From Heterodontus francisci (taxonomy: Eukaryota): 64,000 nucleotides of DNA. Positions 1 to 10,234 of the stretch are shown piece after piece (position 1 is the first letter of the stretch; every line of letters begins with the position of its first letter). The DNA lies in the NCBI RefSeq assembly GCF_036365525.1, contig NC_090376.1, positions 148,064,966 through 148,128,965 of the forward strand, given 5' to 3'. The notes under the pieces were generated by a model. That model worked only from the letters and a program-made list of their open reading frames with translations, had not been told where the DNA came from and did not search any database. Position numbers and translations under genes: made by a program.

Positions 1-1133
1 ACACTGAGCCCTGTGGAATGCCACTGAAAACCGCTTTCCATTCACAAAAACATCCGTCAACTATTACTTTTGCTTCCTGTCACTGAAGCAATTTTAGATC
101 CAATCTGCCACATTCCCCTATATCCCACGGGCTTTCATTTTACTGACCAGTCTTCCATGCGGGATCTTGTCAAATGCCTTACTAAATTCCATGTAGACCA
201 CATCCAATGCACTACCCTCATTAATCCTCCTTGTTACTTCCTCAAGAATTCAATTAAATTAGTAAGACATGACCTTCCCTTAACAAATCCATGCTGACTC
301 TCCCTGATTAATCCGTGCCTTTCTAAGTGGCAGTTTATCCTGTCCCTCAGAATTGATTCTAATAATTTACCCACCACTGAAGTCAGACTGACCAGCCTAT
401 AATTATTTGGCCTATCCCTCGCACCCTATTTAAACAATGGTACAAGGTTCGCAGACCTCCAATCCTCTGGCACCTCACCCGTATCCAGTGAAGATTTGAA
501 GAGAATCCTCAGCGCATCCGTTATTTCCTTCCTGGCTTCCTTTAACAACCTGGGATGCAATCCATCCAGTACTGGTGATTTATCCACTTTCAAGGATGTC
601 AGACCCTCTAATACTTACTACCTCATTATGCTATTTCACCACTCCTCCTCTTTTACTACAATGTCTGCATCATCCCTCTCCTTTGTGAAGACAGAGGCAA
701 AAAACTAATTAAGAACCCTGGCCACATCATCTGCATCCACGTATAAGTTCCCTTGTACATCTCTGATAGGCCCTACCCTTTCCTTAGTTATCCTCTTGCT
801 CCTAATGTACTGATAAAACATCTTCGGATTTTCCTTGATTTTACCTGCCAATATTTTTTCATGTCGTCTCTTTGCTTTTCTAATTTCCTGTTTTTAACTT
901 CACCCCTGCACTTTATATATGCCTCTAGGCTTTCTAAAGTATTAAGTTTTTTGTGATCATCATAAGCTTTCTTTTTCTGCTTCAACTTACCCTGTAAGCC
1001 TCTGGACAACCAGGGGGCTCTAGATTTGGTCATACCACCCTTTATTTTTGTGGGGACATGCCTACACTGGCCTGTAGAATCTCACTTTTGAATGCCTCCC
1101 ACTGGATTGCCACTGATTTTCCTTCCAGTAGCT
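1..1133 (-). mobile_element. CR1 (HER1-like) LINE, decayed ORF2 RT region
   Basis: Minus-strand translation gives CR1 RT motifs RP-xx-LTSVVGKLLE, QHGFVKGRSCLTNL and SGIPQGSV; ORF 788..1033 reads KSRAPWLS...KKKAYD; multiple stops. Confidence 0.85.
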
Positions 1134-1392
1134 GAGGCGTGAATGTGACTTGCCACTTACCAGCCCAAGCCTATATGTTGTCCAGGTGTTGTTGTGTCTG
1201 GGTGCAGACAACTTCATTATCATTAGCAGTTGCAAATGGGACTGAACACTGAGAAATCATTAGAGAGTATCCCTACTTCTATTCTTTTGTTGGAGTGAAG
1301 GTCATTAATGAAGCAGCTGAAGGTGTTTCTGCCTAGGACATTGCCCTGAGGAACTCCTGCAGCATTGTTGTGGGACTGAGATGACTGGCCTC
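1134..1392 (-). mobile_element. CR1/L2-clade LINE fragment (second family, 'family B')
   Basis: AGVPQGNVLG...FSCFINDL in ORF 1223..1420; similar to 61700-61960. Confidence 0.75.
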
Positions 1393-3685
1393 GACCATAT
1401 CCCTGTGCAGCTTTGGCCAATAAAAATGCATCTTTACCCTAGCCTGCGTCGTCTGAATACCCAGATGACCTGCAACTGGAATCTCATGGGCAATTCTCAA
1501 AATGTCATTGCGGTAGTAAAGAGGAAGAATAATTTGATAGACTATAGCCCAATCCTCATCAGCTGGTCTCCAAGTAGCTTTCCACTTTCTCATCAATATG
1601 TCATTTTTAAGATAATAGCACTCATGGATTTTTTCAGCCTTCGTCTCAGAACACACTGTCTGAGATATTTTCTTTAAATCAGGGTCTGCCTGTTGTGCCT
1701 CAATCAAAGAGGATCTGCTGAATAATTCAGCTCACTACTCGAATTCTCGAAAAAGGTTTCAGCTCGCCAAGCAAACGGCTTGCCATTTATATCCACTGAC
1801 TTTCCCTCCTCTTGTTCAGCCCGATGAGCCTGGGACCTAGTCACTACACAACAACCTGGGAATATTCTGTGAACTTCTTCCTGTAAAATGTCTGTTTCAG
1901 CAACCCCACCTACTTTACTGAAACTAATGGAGATGCCAATACCTTACCCCAGCTAGGTCATTTCCTAGTGACAAATCCACCCCTTCAATATGGGACAACT
2001 CCCACTATTAAAGGACCAGTGACTACATCACATTGTAAATTAACCTTATACAATGGAGTTGATAAATAACCTCTCTCAAAGACCCTCACGAGGACTTTCA
2101 TATTCATTCAACTATTTGGGGAAAAATTCACATTCTTTGCTACCATTAATGACTGGTTCTCCCTGTATCTCAAAGCAGAATAATCAACTTGCCTGCCTCA
2201 TAAGACGGATATGGGACACCTTATGCCTTGAACACAGAACTTCTATAACCTTCAGGGACCTGATTTAATTCATCAGCAGACATAGGAGAACCAAGGCCAC
2301 TGGCTTGTCAACAGCGCCTCCTATTGGGGCATCCTTTTCACGACAGGTTTTCAGTAAACCTACCACAGCTGCCAATTTTCCTTTAAATTTTCAGCATTTA
2401 TATGCCCTCTTTTATTACAAAAATAACACGTTGGTCCTTTTGACTCACCCCTAGTCTCCTGATTATCTTTCTTACTACTCTAAGGATTACCTGCATCCTC
2501 TCCTTTACCCTTTATCTCAGTAAAACCAGAGTCTTTTCATTATCAACCTTCCTGTCTCTCCAACTTGTCTGTAACTTTCCAATCTGCGGGTCAATTCCTA
2601 ATCATCTGCCATTACTACAGCATCCCTTATTTTGCCAACTTAATGTTCTTCCAGATGGGACCTTATTCCTGAACGGACACTATTTTAAAATTCTTCCACT
2701 AGGACTACTTCCCTAAAGTTCTCAAAGTCATGCCCAATCTTCATTGACCTATATCACCTGTCAAGCACAATTTCTTTCTCTCTAGCAAGTATGTCTGGCA
2801 CTGTTTCTTTTTTAAATTCCTGATTTTTGGTCTGTAAGCTTCTATTACCAATTCATAAGCATTGAGAACAACAGTCTTTACCCTGTCATAGTCCCTTTGA
2901 GTGTTCATCTGAAAGAGATGAATATACCTGCAAAGCTTGCCCTACTAAAGCACTCTGTAGGAGCATTGGTCAAAATGATTTAGGCCACTCCAGATTCATG
3001 GTGATTTTCTCAAATGATACAAAGTACATTTCTACTCCATCTTCATTATCTTAGGTGTCAAGCGTATATTCTTTGTCAAATTAAAATTATGAGGAGTTTC
3101 ATCTGGGTCATCCTCAATTTTCACCTACAATGTATGCCCAGCAGCTTTGAGCTTCTCCAGTCTCACCTTGTGGTCTAATATCAATTTTTGCATTTCTTGT
3201 TCTCTTTCTTTTTCTTTCTCTTCCCTTCCTCTTTTGAATTCAAGTTTTCGAATTTCAAATTGTAATTGTGCCTTTCTCTTTCTCTTTCCCTTTCTTGACT
3301 CTCTTTCTTTTTTATGCCTTTCTTCTTTTGGTCTTTCTCTTTCCAGTTCCAGTGGCTTCATTTGTAACTGAATTCTCGCTAACTCAGTCCGAATGCTACC
3401 AAGATCACTCTCTTCCTCCTCAAAGTTAAAATGCTGAGACAACACTTAAACAGTTTCTGCCTTTTTAGCCCCCACTTGCTCTGCTGCAGGCTTTAACACA
3501 CCCAATGTTAACTGTGTTAAGTCATTGAGAGTCAAATCCTTTCTCTCCGCATAGGCTTGAGCATTAAAAATAGATATTCTGACTTTCTTTTATCAGTTCA
3601 GCAAAAGTAATTGTGAAATCTTGTTAATTTAAATTCTAGCAAATTCAAGTGTACCCATTTTACAGCCCAATTGTGAAAAATTCAA

Positions 3686-3704
3686 ATCCCGGATGAGGCC
3701 CCAA
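3686..3704 (-). other. Primer binding site (tRNA-Pro type) of the Gypsy element
   Basis: Minus strand TTGGGGCCTCATCCGGGAT, a few nt after LTR end ...GTAACA; close to the known tRNA-Pro PBS TGGGGGCTCGTCCGGGAT. Confidence 0.8.
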
Positions 3705-3706
3705 TT

Positions 3707-4074
3707 TGTTACAACCTCAGTAAAAACCATTAACTTTAAAAGAAGAACTATGAACTCCCAGACCGATTATAGAATTACACAAGATTTTACGTTTTAAGAC
3801 TTTTACTATAATGACTAAACTATAGATCAACATTAACTAAACAGCACCTAGTAGGCAGAAAATACACTAAATTACAGAGAATGGTTTTTCCCATTAACTT
3901 ATTAACACACTGGAAAACCCCATTCCACATTCTGACAATACACATTGTTCTCATCAAAAAGGTACCCTTGCAGTTAAAAGACCAAAACTCCTCCCAGCTG
4001 CAATGGTTTGAATCTCCCAGAATCCTATTCCAAGCCAACGTCCTCTTTGCTCATTTCTTTTGAATGATGTCACA
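3707..4074 (-). repeat. 5' LTR (partial) of the Gypsy element
   Basis: Ends ...GTAACA next to the PBS; possible TGTGAC start at 4074 (outer boundary uncertain). Confidence 0.55.
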
Positions 4075-4131
4075 TGTTTCCTCCGAATGTCCATTTTACA
4101 TTGCATTGAAGATCACAGCTTTTAAAACATA

Positions 4132-4251
4132 TGGAGTTTAATGCAGAAAAGTGTGAGGTGATTCACTTTGGAAGGAGTAACAGGAATGCAGAGTACTGGG
4201 CTAATGGGAAGATTCTTGGTAGTGTAGATGAGCAGAGAGATCTTGGTGTCT
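4132..4251 (+). mobile_element. CR1/HER1 LINE, 5' piece of a copy split by the Tx1 pair
   Basis: MEFNAEKCEVIHFGRSN...GSVDEQRDLGV; reading resumes at about 9500 as KSLKVATQV. Confidence 0.85.
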
Positions 4252-4262
4252 AGTCCTTCCTG

Positions 4263-7098
4263 ACTGGTGGGAAGCGATTAAGGAGAACATCAAGAGGTTC
4301 TTCATCCACAAAGGTGTTCAGAAGGCGAGAGAGAGACTGAGGGAACTGTCCCGACTCCAGAAAATTATGCAAAATCTGCTCCGGTTGCAGTCAATGGGGG
4401 TCGAGGTCAAGGAGGACCTCCAAGAGGTGAAGAGCCAGCAGGCCTCGCTCTTTGCCAAAGAGGCCTCCAAGATCATCTTCCGGTCCAGAGTCCGCTCCAT
4501 CGAGCAGGATGAGACGTGCTCGCGTTACTTCTTCCAAAAGGTACACAGAGAGAGCTCTGTTATCAGCAGCCTGAAGGAAGAAGATGGCTCGGTAACGTCT
4601 TCGCAGTCCGACATACTAAGGATCAGCAAATCCTTTTATGCTGGGCTGTATGACGCGAAGCCCACAGACAGCAGAGCCTCCCAGCCTTTCCTGTCATCTA
4701 TCACAGAGGTCTTAGATGACAGCAGGAGGGAGAGACTGGACAAGCCGCTAACTCTGGACGAGCTGACAAAGGCCGTCGAGTCTTTCGAGACGAGTAAAAC
4801 TCCCGGGAGCGACGGCTTACCGGTCGAGTTGTACTCGTCCCTGTGGGACTGGGTCGGCCCGGACCTGCTGGAAGTATACGAGAGTATGCTCCTGGCCGGC
4901 AGCATGTCAGAATCCATGAGAAAAGGCATCATCACCCTCATTTACAAGCAGAAGGGGGAGAGGGCAGAAATCAGAAATTGGTGGCCCATCTCACTGCTTA
5001 ATGTTGATTACAAGATTCTGTCCAAAGTCATAGCCAGTCGAGTCAAGTCTGCTCTGGAGCTGGTGATTCACCCCGATCAGACCTGTACTGTACCCGGCAG
5101 GAAGATCTCTGATAGTCTCGCGCTACTCAGGGATACGATTGCCGATGTACGGGACAGGAGGGTTGACACCTGCCTCATCAGCCTGGACCAGGAGAAGGCT
5201 TTTGACAGGATATCGCACACCTACATGATGGACGTGCTTTCCAAAATGGGGTTTGGGGAGGGAATCTGCAATTGGATCCAACTGCTCTACACAAACATCA
5301 GTAGCGCAGTCTCAATCAACGGGTGGGAATCTGAAAGTTTCCCGATCAAATCTGGAGTCAGACAGGGCTGTCCTCTGTCCCCGGTCTTGTTTGTTTGCTG
5401 TATTGAACCCTTTGCTGAGTCTATTAGGAAGGATGCGAGCATAAGAGGGGTGACAATCCCAGGCAGCGGAGGCACTCAGGTCAAAACCTCCCTGTACATG
5501 GATGACGTCGCCGTCTTCTGCTCGGATCCGCTGTCCGTGCGCAGACTGATGAGCATCTGCGACCAGTTCGAACTGGCCTCGGGAGCCAAAGTTAACCACG
5601 GCAAGAGCGAGGCCATGTTCTTTGGGAACTGGGCTGACCGATCCTTTGTCCCCTTCACCGTCAGGTCAGATTACCTGAAGGTGCTGGGGATATGGTTTGG
5701 AAGGGCCGGGGCGTGCACCAAAACATGGGAGGAGCGAGTAGCCAAGGTACGACAAAAGTTGGGCATGTGGGGGCAGCGATCTCTCTCCATTGTGGGTAAG
5801 AACCTGGTCATCAGGTGCGAGGCGCTCACGTTGTTGCTCTACGTGGCGCAGGTCCGGCCCATACCCCACTCCTGCGCTGTGGCAGTCACCCGAGCCATTT
5901 TCCGCTTCGTCTGGGGATCTAAAATGGACCGGGTCCGCAGGGACACGATGTTCAAATCTCTGGACATGGGCGGGAAAAATGTACCCAACGTGGCCCTCAT
6001 CCTGATGACCACCTTCGTGTGCGGCTGCATCAAGCTATGTGTAGATCCCCAGTACGCAAACTCCAAGTGTCACTACATGCTGAGGTTCTATCTGTCCCCG
6101 GTGTTGCGAAGGATGGGCCTGGTCACATTGCCGCGGAACGCTCCATGCAGTTGGGACGTGCCGTACCACCTATCCTTCGTGGAGCAGTTTCTGCGGGAAA
6201 ACACCTTTGACCACCGGTCCATCAGGCAGTGGTCTGCACGGAATGTCCTCAAGGCCCTACAGGAAAAGGAGACGGTGGATCCTGTCGGATGGTTCCCCGA
6301 GCAGACCGTCAAAGTCATTTGGCAGAATGCCTCATCACCAGAACTTTCAAACAAGCACCAAGACGTAGCTTGGCTGGTGGTGAGAAGGGCCCTCCCCGTC
6401 AGATCCTTCATGCACACCCGAAGTCTCGCCCCCTCCGCACAGTGCCCCCGCGTTGGCTGTGGTGGGGAAGAGACGGTCGCCCACCTCCTCCTGGAATGTG
6501 CCTTTGCAAAGCAGGTGTGGAAAGAGATGCAGTGGTTTTTGTCAAGGTTCATCCCAAGCAGCTCTGTAACACAGGAGTCTGTGCTCTACGGGCTGTTCCC
6601 AGGGACGCACACCGAGACAAACATCAACTGCTGCTGGAGGACTATCAATTCGGTGAAAGACGCCCTTTGGTCTGCCCGAAACCCGTTGGTCTTCCAGCGC
6701 AAAGAGTTGTCCACCACCGAATGTTGCAGACTGGCACATTCCAAGGTCCAGGACTACGTGCTGAGGGACGCACTAAAGCTTGGGGCAGCCGCAGCAAAGG
6801 CTCAATGGGGAAAGACCACAGTGTAAGGTACCCCACCAAGCTGGACTGAGGGGCTGGATCCATGGGAAACCCCTCGAACTGTATCGTTAATATTCTCAAT
6901 TGCTGTAAATGTAAAACTGTAATTGACATGACAATTGTGAAACGGAAGGGTTGGGAAGAAACTCATGAGAGTATTGAAGGAAACTGATATCCCTTGCAAT
7001 GTTTGTATTTTTTGGTGCTGTTTGGAAACTGTCTGGCAATGTAATTTTTACAGATGTTTATGAATAAAGTATATTTTGGAAATAAAAAAATAAAAAAA
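4263..7098 (+). mobile_element. Tx1/L1-clade LINE copy 1, 5'-truncated, young
   Basis: Open ORF2, 3'UTR, AATAAA and A-rich tail; flanked by 11-bp direct repeat AGTCCTTCCTG (4252-4262 and 7099-7109). Confidence 0.92.
4367..6826 (+). CDS. Tx1-type ORF2p remnant: RT plus C-terminal zinc-binding region, no endonuclease
   Basis: 819 aa uninterrupted (frame also open upstream to DWWEAIK at 4262); motifs KTPGSDGLP, PISLLNVDYK, DQEKAFD, GVRQGCPLSP, YMDD, CPRVGC..ETVAHLLLEC. Confidence 0.9.
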   Translation: MQNLLRLQSMGVEVKEDLQEVKSQQASLFAKEASKIIFRSRVRSIEQDETCSRYFFQKVHRESSVISSLKEEDGSVTSSQSDILRISKSFYAGLYDAKPTDSRASQPFLSSITEVLDDSRRERLDKPLTLDELTKAVESFETSKTPGSDGLPVELYSSLWDWVGPDLLEVYESMLLAGSMSESMRKGIITLIYKQKGERAEIRNWWPISLLNVDYKILSKVIASRVKSALELVIHPDQTCTVPGRKISDSLALLRDTIADVRDRRVDTCLISLDQEKAFDRISHTYMMDVLSKMGFGEGICNWIQLLYTNISSAVSINGWESESFPIKSGVRQGCPLSPVLFVCCIEPFAESIRKDASIRGVTIPGSGGTQVKTSLYMDDVAVFCSDPLSVRRLMSICDQFELASGAKVNHGKSEAMFFGNWADRSFVPFTVRSDYLKVLGIWFGRAGACTKTWEERVAKVRQKLGMWGQRSLSIVGKNLVIRCEALTLLLYVAQVRPIPHSCAVAVTRAIFRFVWGSKMDRVRRDTMFKSLDMGGKNVPNVALILMTTFVCGCIKLCVDPQYANSKCHYMLRFYLSPVLRRMGLVTLPRNAPCSWDVPYHLSFVEQFLRENTFDHRSIRQWSARNVLKALQEKETVDPVGWFPEQTVKVIWQNASSPELSNKHQDVAWLVVRRALPVRSFMHTRSLAPSAQCPRVGCGGEETVAHLLLECAFAKQVWKEMQWFLSRFIPSSSVTQESVLYGLFPGTHTETNINCCWRTINSVKDALWSARNPLVFQRKELSTTECCRLAHSKVQDYVLRDALKLGAAAAKAQWGKTTV

Positions 7099-9500
7099 AG
7101 TCCTTCCTGTCATCTATCACAGAGGTCTTAGATGACAGCAGCAGGGAGAGATTGGACAAGCCGCTAACTCTGGACGAGCTGACAAAGGCCGTCGAGTCCT
7201 TCGAGACGAGTAAAACTCCCGGGAGCGACGGCTTACCGGTCGAGTTGTACTCGGCCCTGTGGGACTGGGTCGGCCCGGACCTGCTGGAAGTATACGAGAG
7301 TATGCTCCTGGCCGGCAGCATAGCAGAATCCATGAGGAAAGGCATCATCACCCTCATTTACAAGCAGAAGGGGGAGAGGCAGAAATCAGAAATTGGCGGC
7401 CCATCTCACTGCTTAATGCTGACGACAAGATTCTGTCCAAAGTCATAGCCAGTCGAGTCAAGTCTGCTCTGGAGTTGGTGATTCACCCCGATCAGACCTG
7501 TACTGTACCTGGCAGGAAGATCTCCGATAGTCTTGCGCTACTCAGGGATACGATCGCCTACGTACGGGACAGGAGAAGGCTCATCAGCCTGGACCAGGAG
7601 AAGGCTTTTGACAGGATATCGCACACCTACATGATGGACGTGCTTTCCAAAATGGGGTTTGGGGAGGGAATCTGCAATTGGATCCAACTGCTCTACACAA
7701 ACATCAGTAGAGCAGTCTCAATCAACGGGTGAGAATCGGAAAGTTTCCCGATCAAATCTGGAGTCAGACAGGGCTGTCCTCTGTCCCCGGTCTTGTTTGT
7801 TTGCTGTATTGAACCCTTTGCTGAGTCTATTAGGAAGGATGCGAGCATAAGAGGGGTGACAATCCCAGGCAGCGGAGGCACTCAGGTCAAAACCTCCCTG
7901 TACATGGATGACGTCACCGTCTTCTGCTCGGATCCGCTGTCCGTGCACAGACTGATGAGCATCTGCGACCAGTTCGAACTGGCCTCGGGAGCCAAAGTTA
8001 ACCACGGCAAGAGCGAGGCCATGTTCTTTGGGAACTGGGCTGACCGATCCTTTGTCCCCTTCACCGTCAGGTCAGATTACCTGAAGGTGCTGGGGATATG
8101 GTTTGGAAGGGCCGGGGCGTGCACCAAAACATGGGAGGAGCGAGTAGCCAAGGTACGACAAAAGTTGGGCATGTGGGGGCAGCGATCTCTCTCCATTGTG
8201 GGTAAGAACCTGGTCATCAGGTGCGAGGCGCTCATGTTGTTGCTCTACGTGGCGCAGGTCCGGCCCATACCCCACTCCTGCGCTGTGGCAGTCACCCGAG
8301 CCATTTTCCGCTTCGTCTGGGGATCTAAAATGGACCGGGTCCGGAGGGACATGATGTTCAAATCTCTGGACAAGGGCGGGAAAAATGTACCCAACGTGGC
8401 CCTCATCCTGATGACCACCTTCGTGTGCGGCTGCATCAAGCTGTGTGTAGATCTCCAGTACGCAAACTCCAAGTGTCACTACGTGCTGAGGTTCTATCTG
8501 TCCCCGGTGTTGCGAAGGATGGGCTTGGTCACATTGCCGCGGAACGCTCCATGCAGTTGGGCCGTGCCGTACCACCTATCCTTCATGGAGCAGTTTCTGC
8601 GGGAAAACACCTTTGACCACCGGTCCATCAGGCAGTGGTCCGCACGGAATGTCCTCAAGGCCCTACGGGAAAAGGAGACGGTGGATCCTGTCGGATGGTT
8701 CCCCGAGCAGACCGTCAAAGTCATTTGGCGGAATGCCTCATCACCAGAACTTTCAAACAAGCACCAAGACGTAGCTTGGCTGGTGGTGAGAAGGGCCCTC
8801 CCCGTCAGATCCTTCATGCACACCCGAATTCTCGCCCCCTCCGCACAATGCCCCCGCGGTGGCTGTGCTGGGGAAGAGACGGTCGCCCACCTCCTCCTGG
8901 AATATGTCTTTGCAAAACAGGTGTGGAAAGAGATGCAGTGGTTTTTGTCGAGGTTCATCCCAAGCAGCTCTGTAACACAGGAGTCTGTGCTCTACGGGCT
9001 GTTCCCAGGGACGCACACCGAGACAAACATCAACTGCTGCTGGAGGACTATCAATTCGGTGAAAGACGCCCTTTGGTCTGCCCGAAACCTGTTGGTCTTC
9101 CAGCGCAAAGAGTTGTCCACCACCGAATGTTGCAGACTGGCACATTCCAAGGTCCAGGACTACGTGCTGAGGGACGCACTAAAGCTTGGGGCAGCCGCAG
9201 CAAAGGCTCAATGAGGAAAGACCACAGTGTAAGGGCCCCCACCAAGCTGAACTGAGGGGCTGGATCCATGGGAAACCCCTCGAACTGTATCGTTGATATT
9301 TTCTTTTGCTGTAAATGTGAAACTGTAATTGGCATGACAATAGTGAAATGGAAGGGTTGTGAAGAAACTCATGATAGTATAGAAGGAAACTGATCTCCCT
9401 TGTAATGTTTGTATTTTTTGGTGCTGTTTGAAACTGTTTGGCAATGTAATTTTTGCAGATTTTTATGAATAAAGTATATTTTGGAAATAAAAAAATAAAT
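7099..9500 (+). mobile_element. Tx1/L1-clade LINE copy 2, 5'-truncated, ORF disrupted
   Basis: Near-identical to 4683-7090; frameshift near 7375, small deletion near 7575, TGA at 7730 and 9212; A-rich tail. Confidence 0.92.
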
Positions 9501-10143
9501 AAATCCCTGAAAGTTGCCACCCAGGTTAATAGGGCTGTTAAGAAGGCATATGGTGTGTTAGCTTTTATTGGTAGGGGGAACGAGTTTCGGAGCCACGAGG
9601 TCATGCTGCAGCTGTACAAAACTCTGGTGAGGCCGCACCTGGAGTATGGCGTGCAGTTCTGGTCACTGCATTATAGGAAGGGTGTGGAAGCTTTGGAAAG
9701 GGTGCAGAGGAGATTTACTAGGATGTTGCCTGGTATGGAGGGAACGTCTTACGAGGAAAGGCTGGGGGACTTGAGGTTGTTTTTGTTGGAGAGAAGGAGG
9801 AGGAGAGGTGACTTAATAGAGACATATAAGATAATCAGAGGGTTAGATAGGGTGGATAGTGAGAGTCTTTTTCCTCGGATGGTGATGGCAAACACGAGGG
9901 GACATAGCTTTAAGTTGAGGGGTGATAGATATAGGACAGATGTGAGAGGTAGTTTCTTTACTCAGAGAGTAGTAGGGGCGTGGAACGCCCTGCCTGCAAC
10001 AGTTGTAGACTCGTCAACTTTAAGGACATTTAAGTGGTCATTGGATAGACATATGGATGAAAATGGAATAGTGTAGGTCAGATGGTTTCACAGGTCGGCG
10101 CAACATCGAGGGCCGAAAGGCCTGTACTGCGCTGTAATGTTCT
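9497..10143 (+). mobile_element. CR1/HER1 LINE 3' end (continuation of 4132-4251)
   Basis: ORF 9453..10076: LYKTLVRPHLEY, LERVQRRFTRM, FFTQRVVGAWNALP; 3' tail GGGCCGAAAGGCCTGTACTGCGCTGTAATGTTCT. Confidence 0.9.
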
Positions 10144-10234
10144 GAAAAACTGTACTACAAAGTCCAGCATTCATAACAACAGTTAATAATATCAGCTGAC
10201 AAAATGCAAAATAGGAATCCTTTTCCCAGAGATA

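Larger units (their letters stand above)
1393..4074 (-). mobile_element. Gypsy/Ty3 LTR retrotransposon, Gmr1-like (LTR-PBS-gag-PR-INT), truncated and decayed
   Basis: Coiled-coil gag N-terminus (ORF 3125..3445); capsid-like YFVSFEK...DYDRVK...AYELVIEAYR (about 2830-3030); zinc-knuckle remnant near 2390-2425; protease C-terminal DLSLGNDLAG near 1950-1980; integrase Zn-binding AHEIPVAGHLG...HFYWP (ORF 1333..1707). Confidence 0.85.

Noticed and set aside
6229-6849. 206-aa alternate-frame ORF repeated in Tx1 copies (also 8635..9255 and 11232..11852)
   Set aside because: Non-ATG start, no motifs; recurrence is explained by near-identical copies of a GC-rich coding sequence.
9453-10076. Apparent 207-aa fusion ORF
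   Set aside because: Chance read-through from the Tx1 3'UTR and tail into a CR1 ORF2 remnant.
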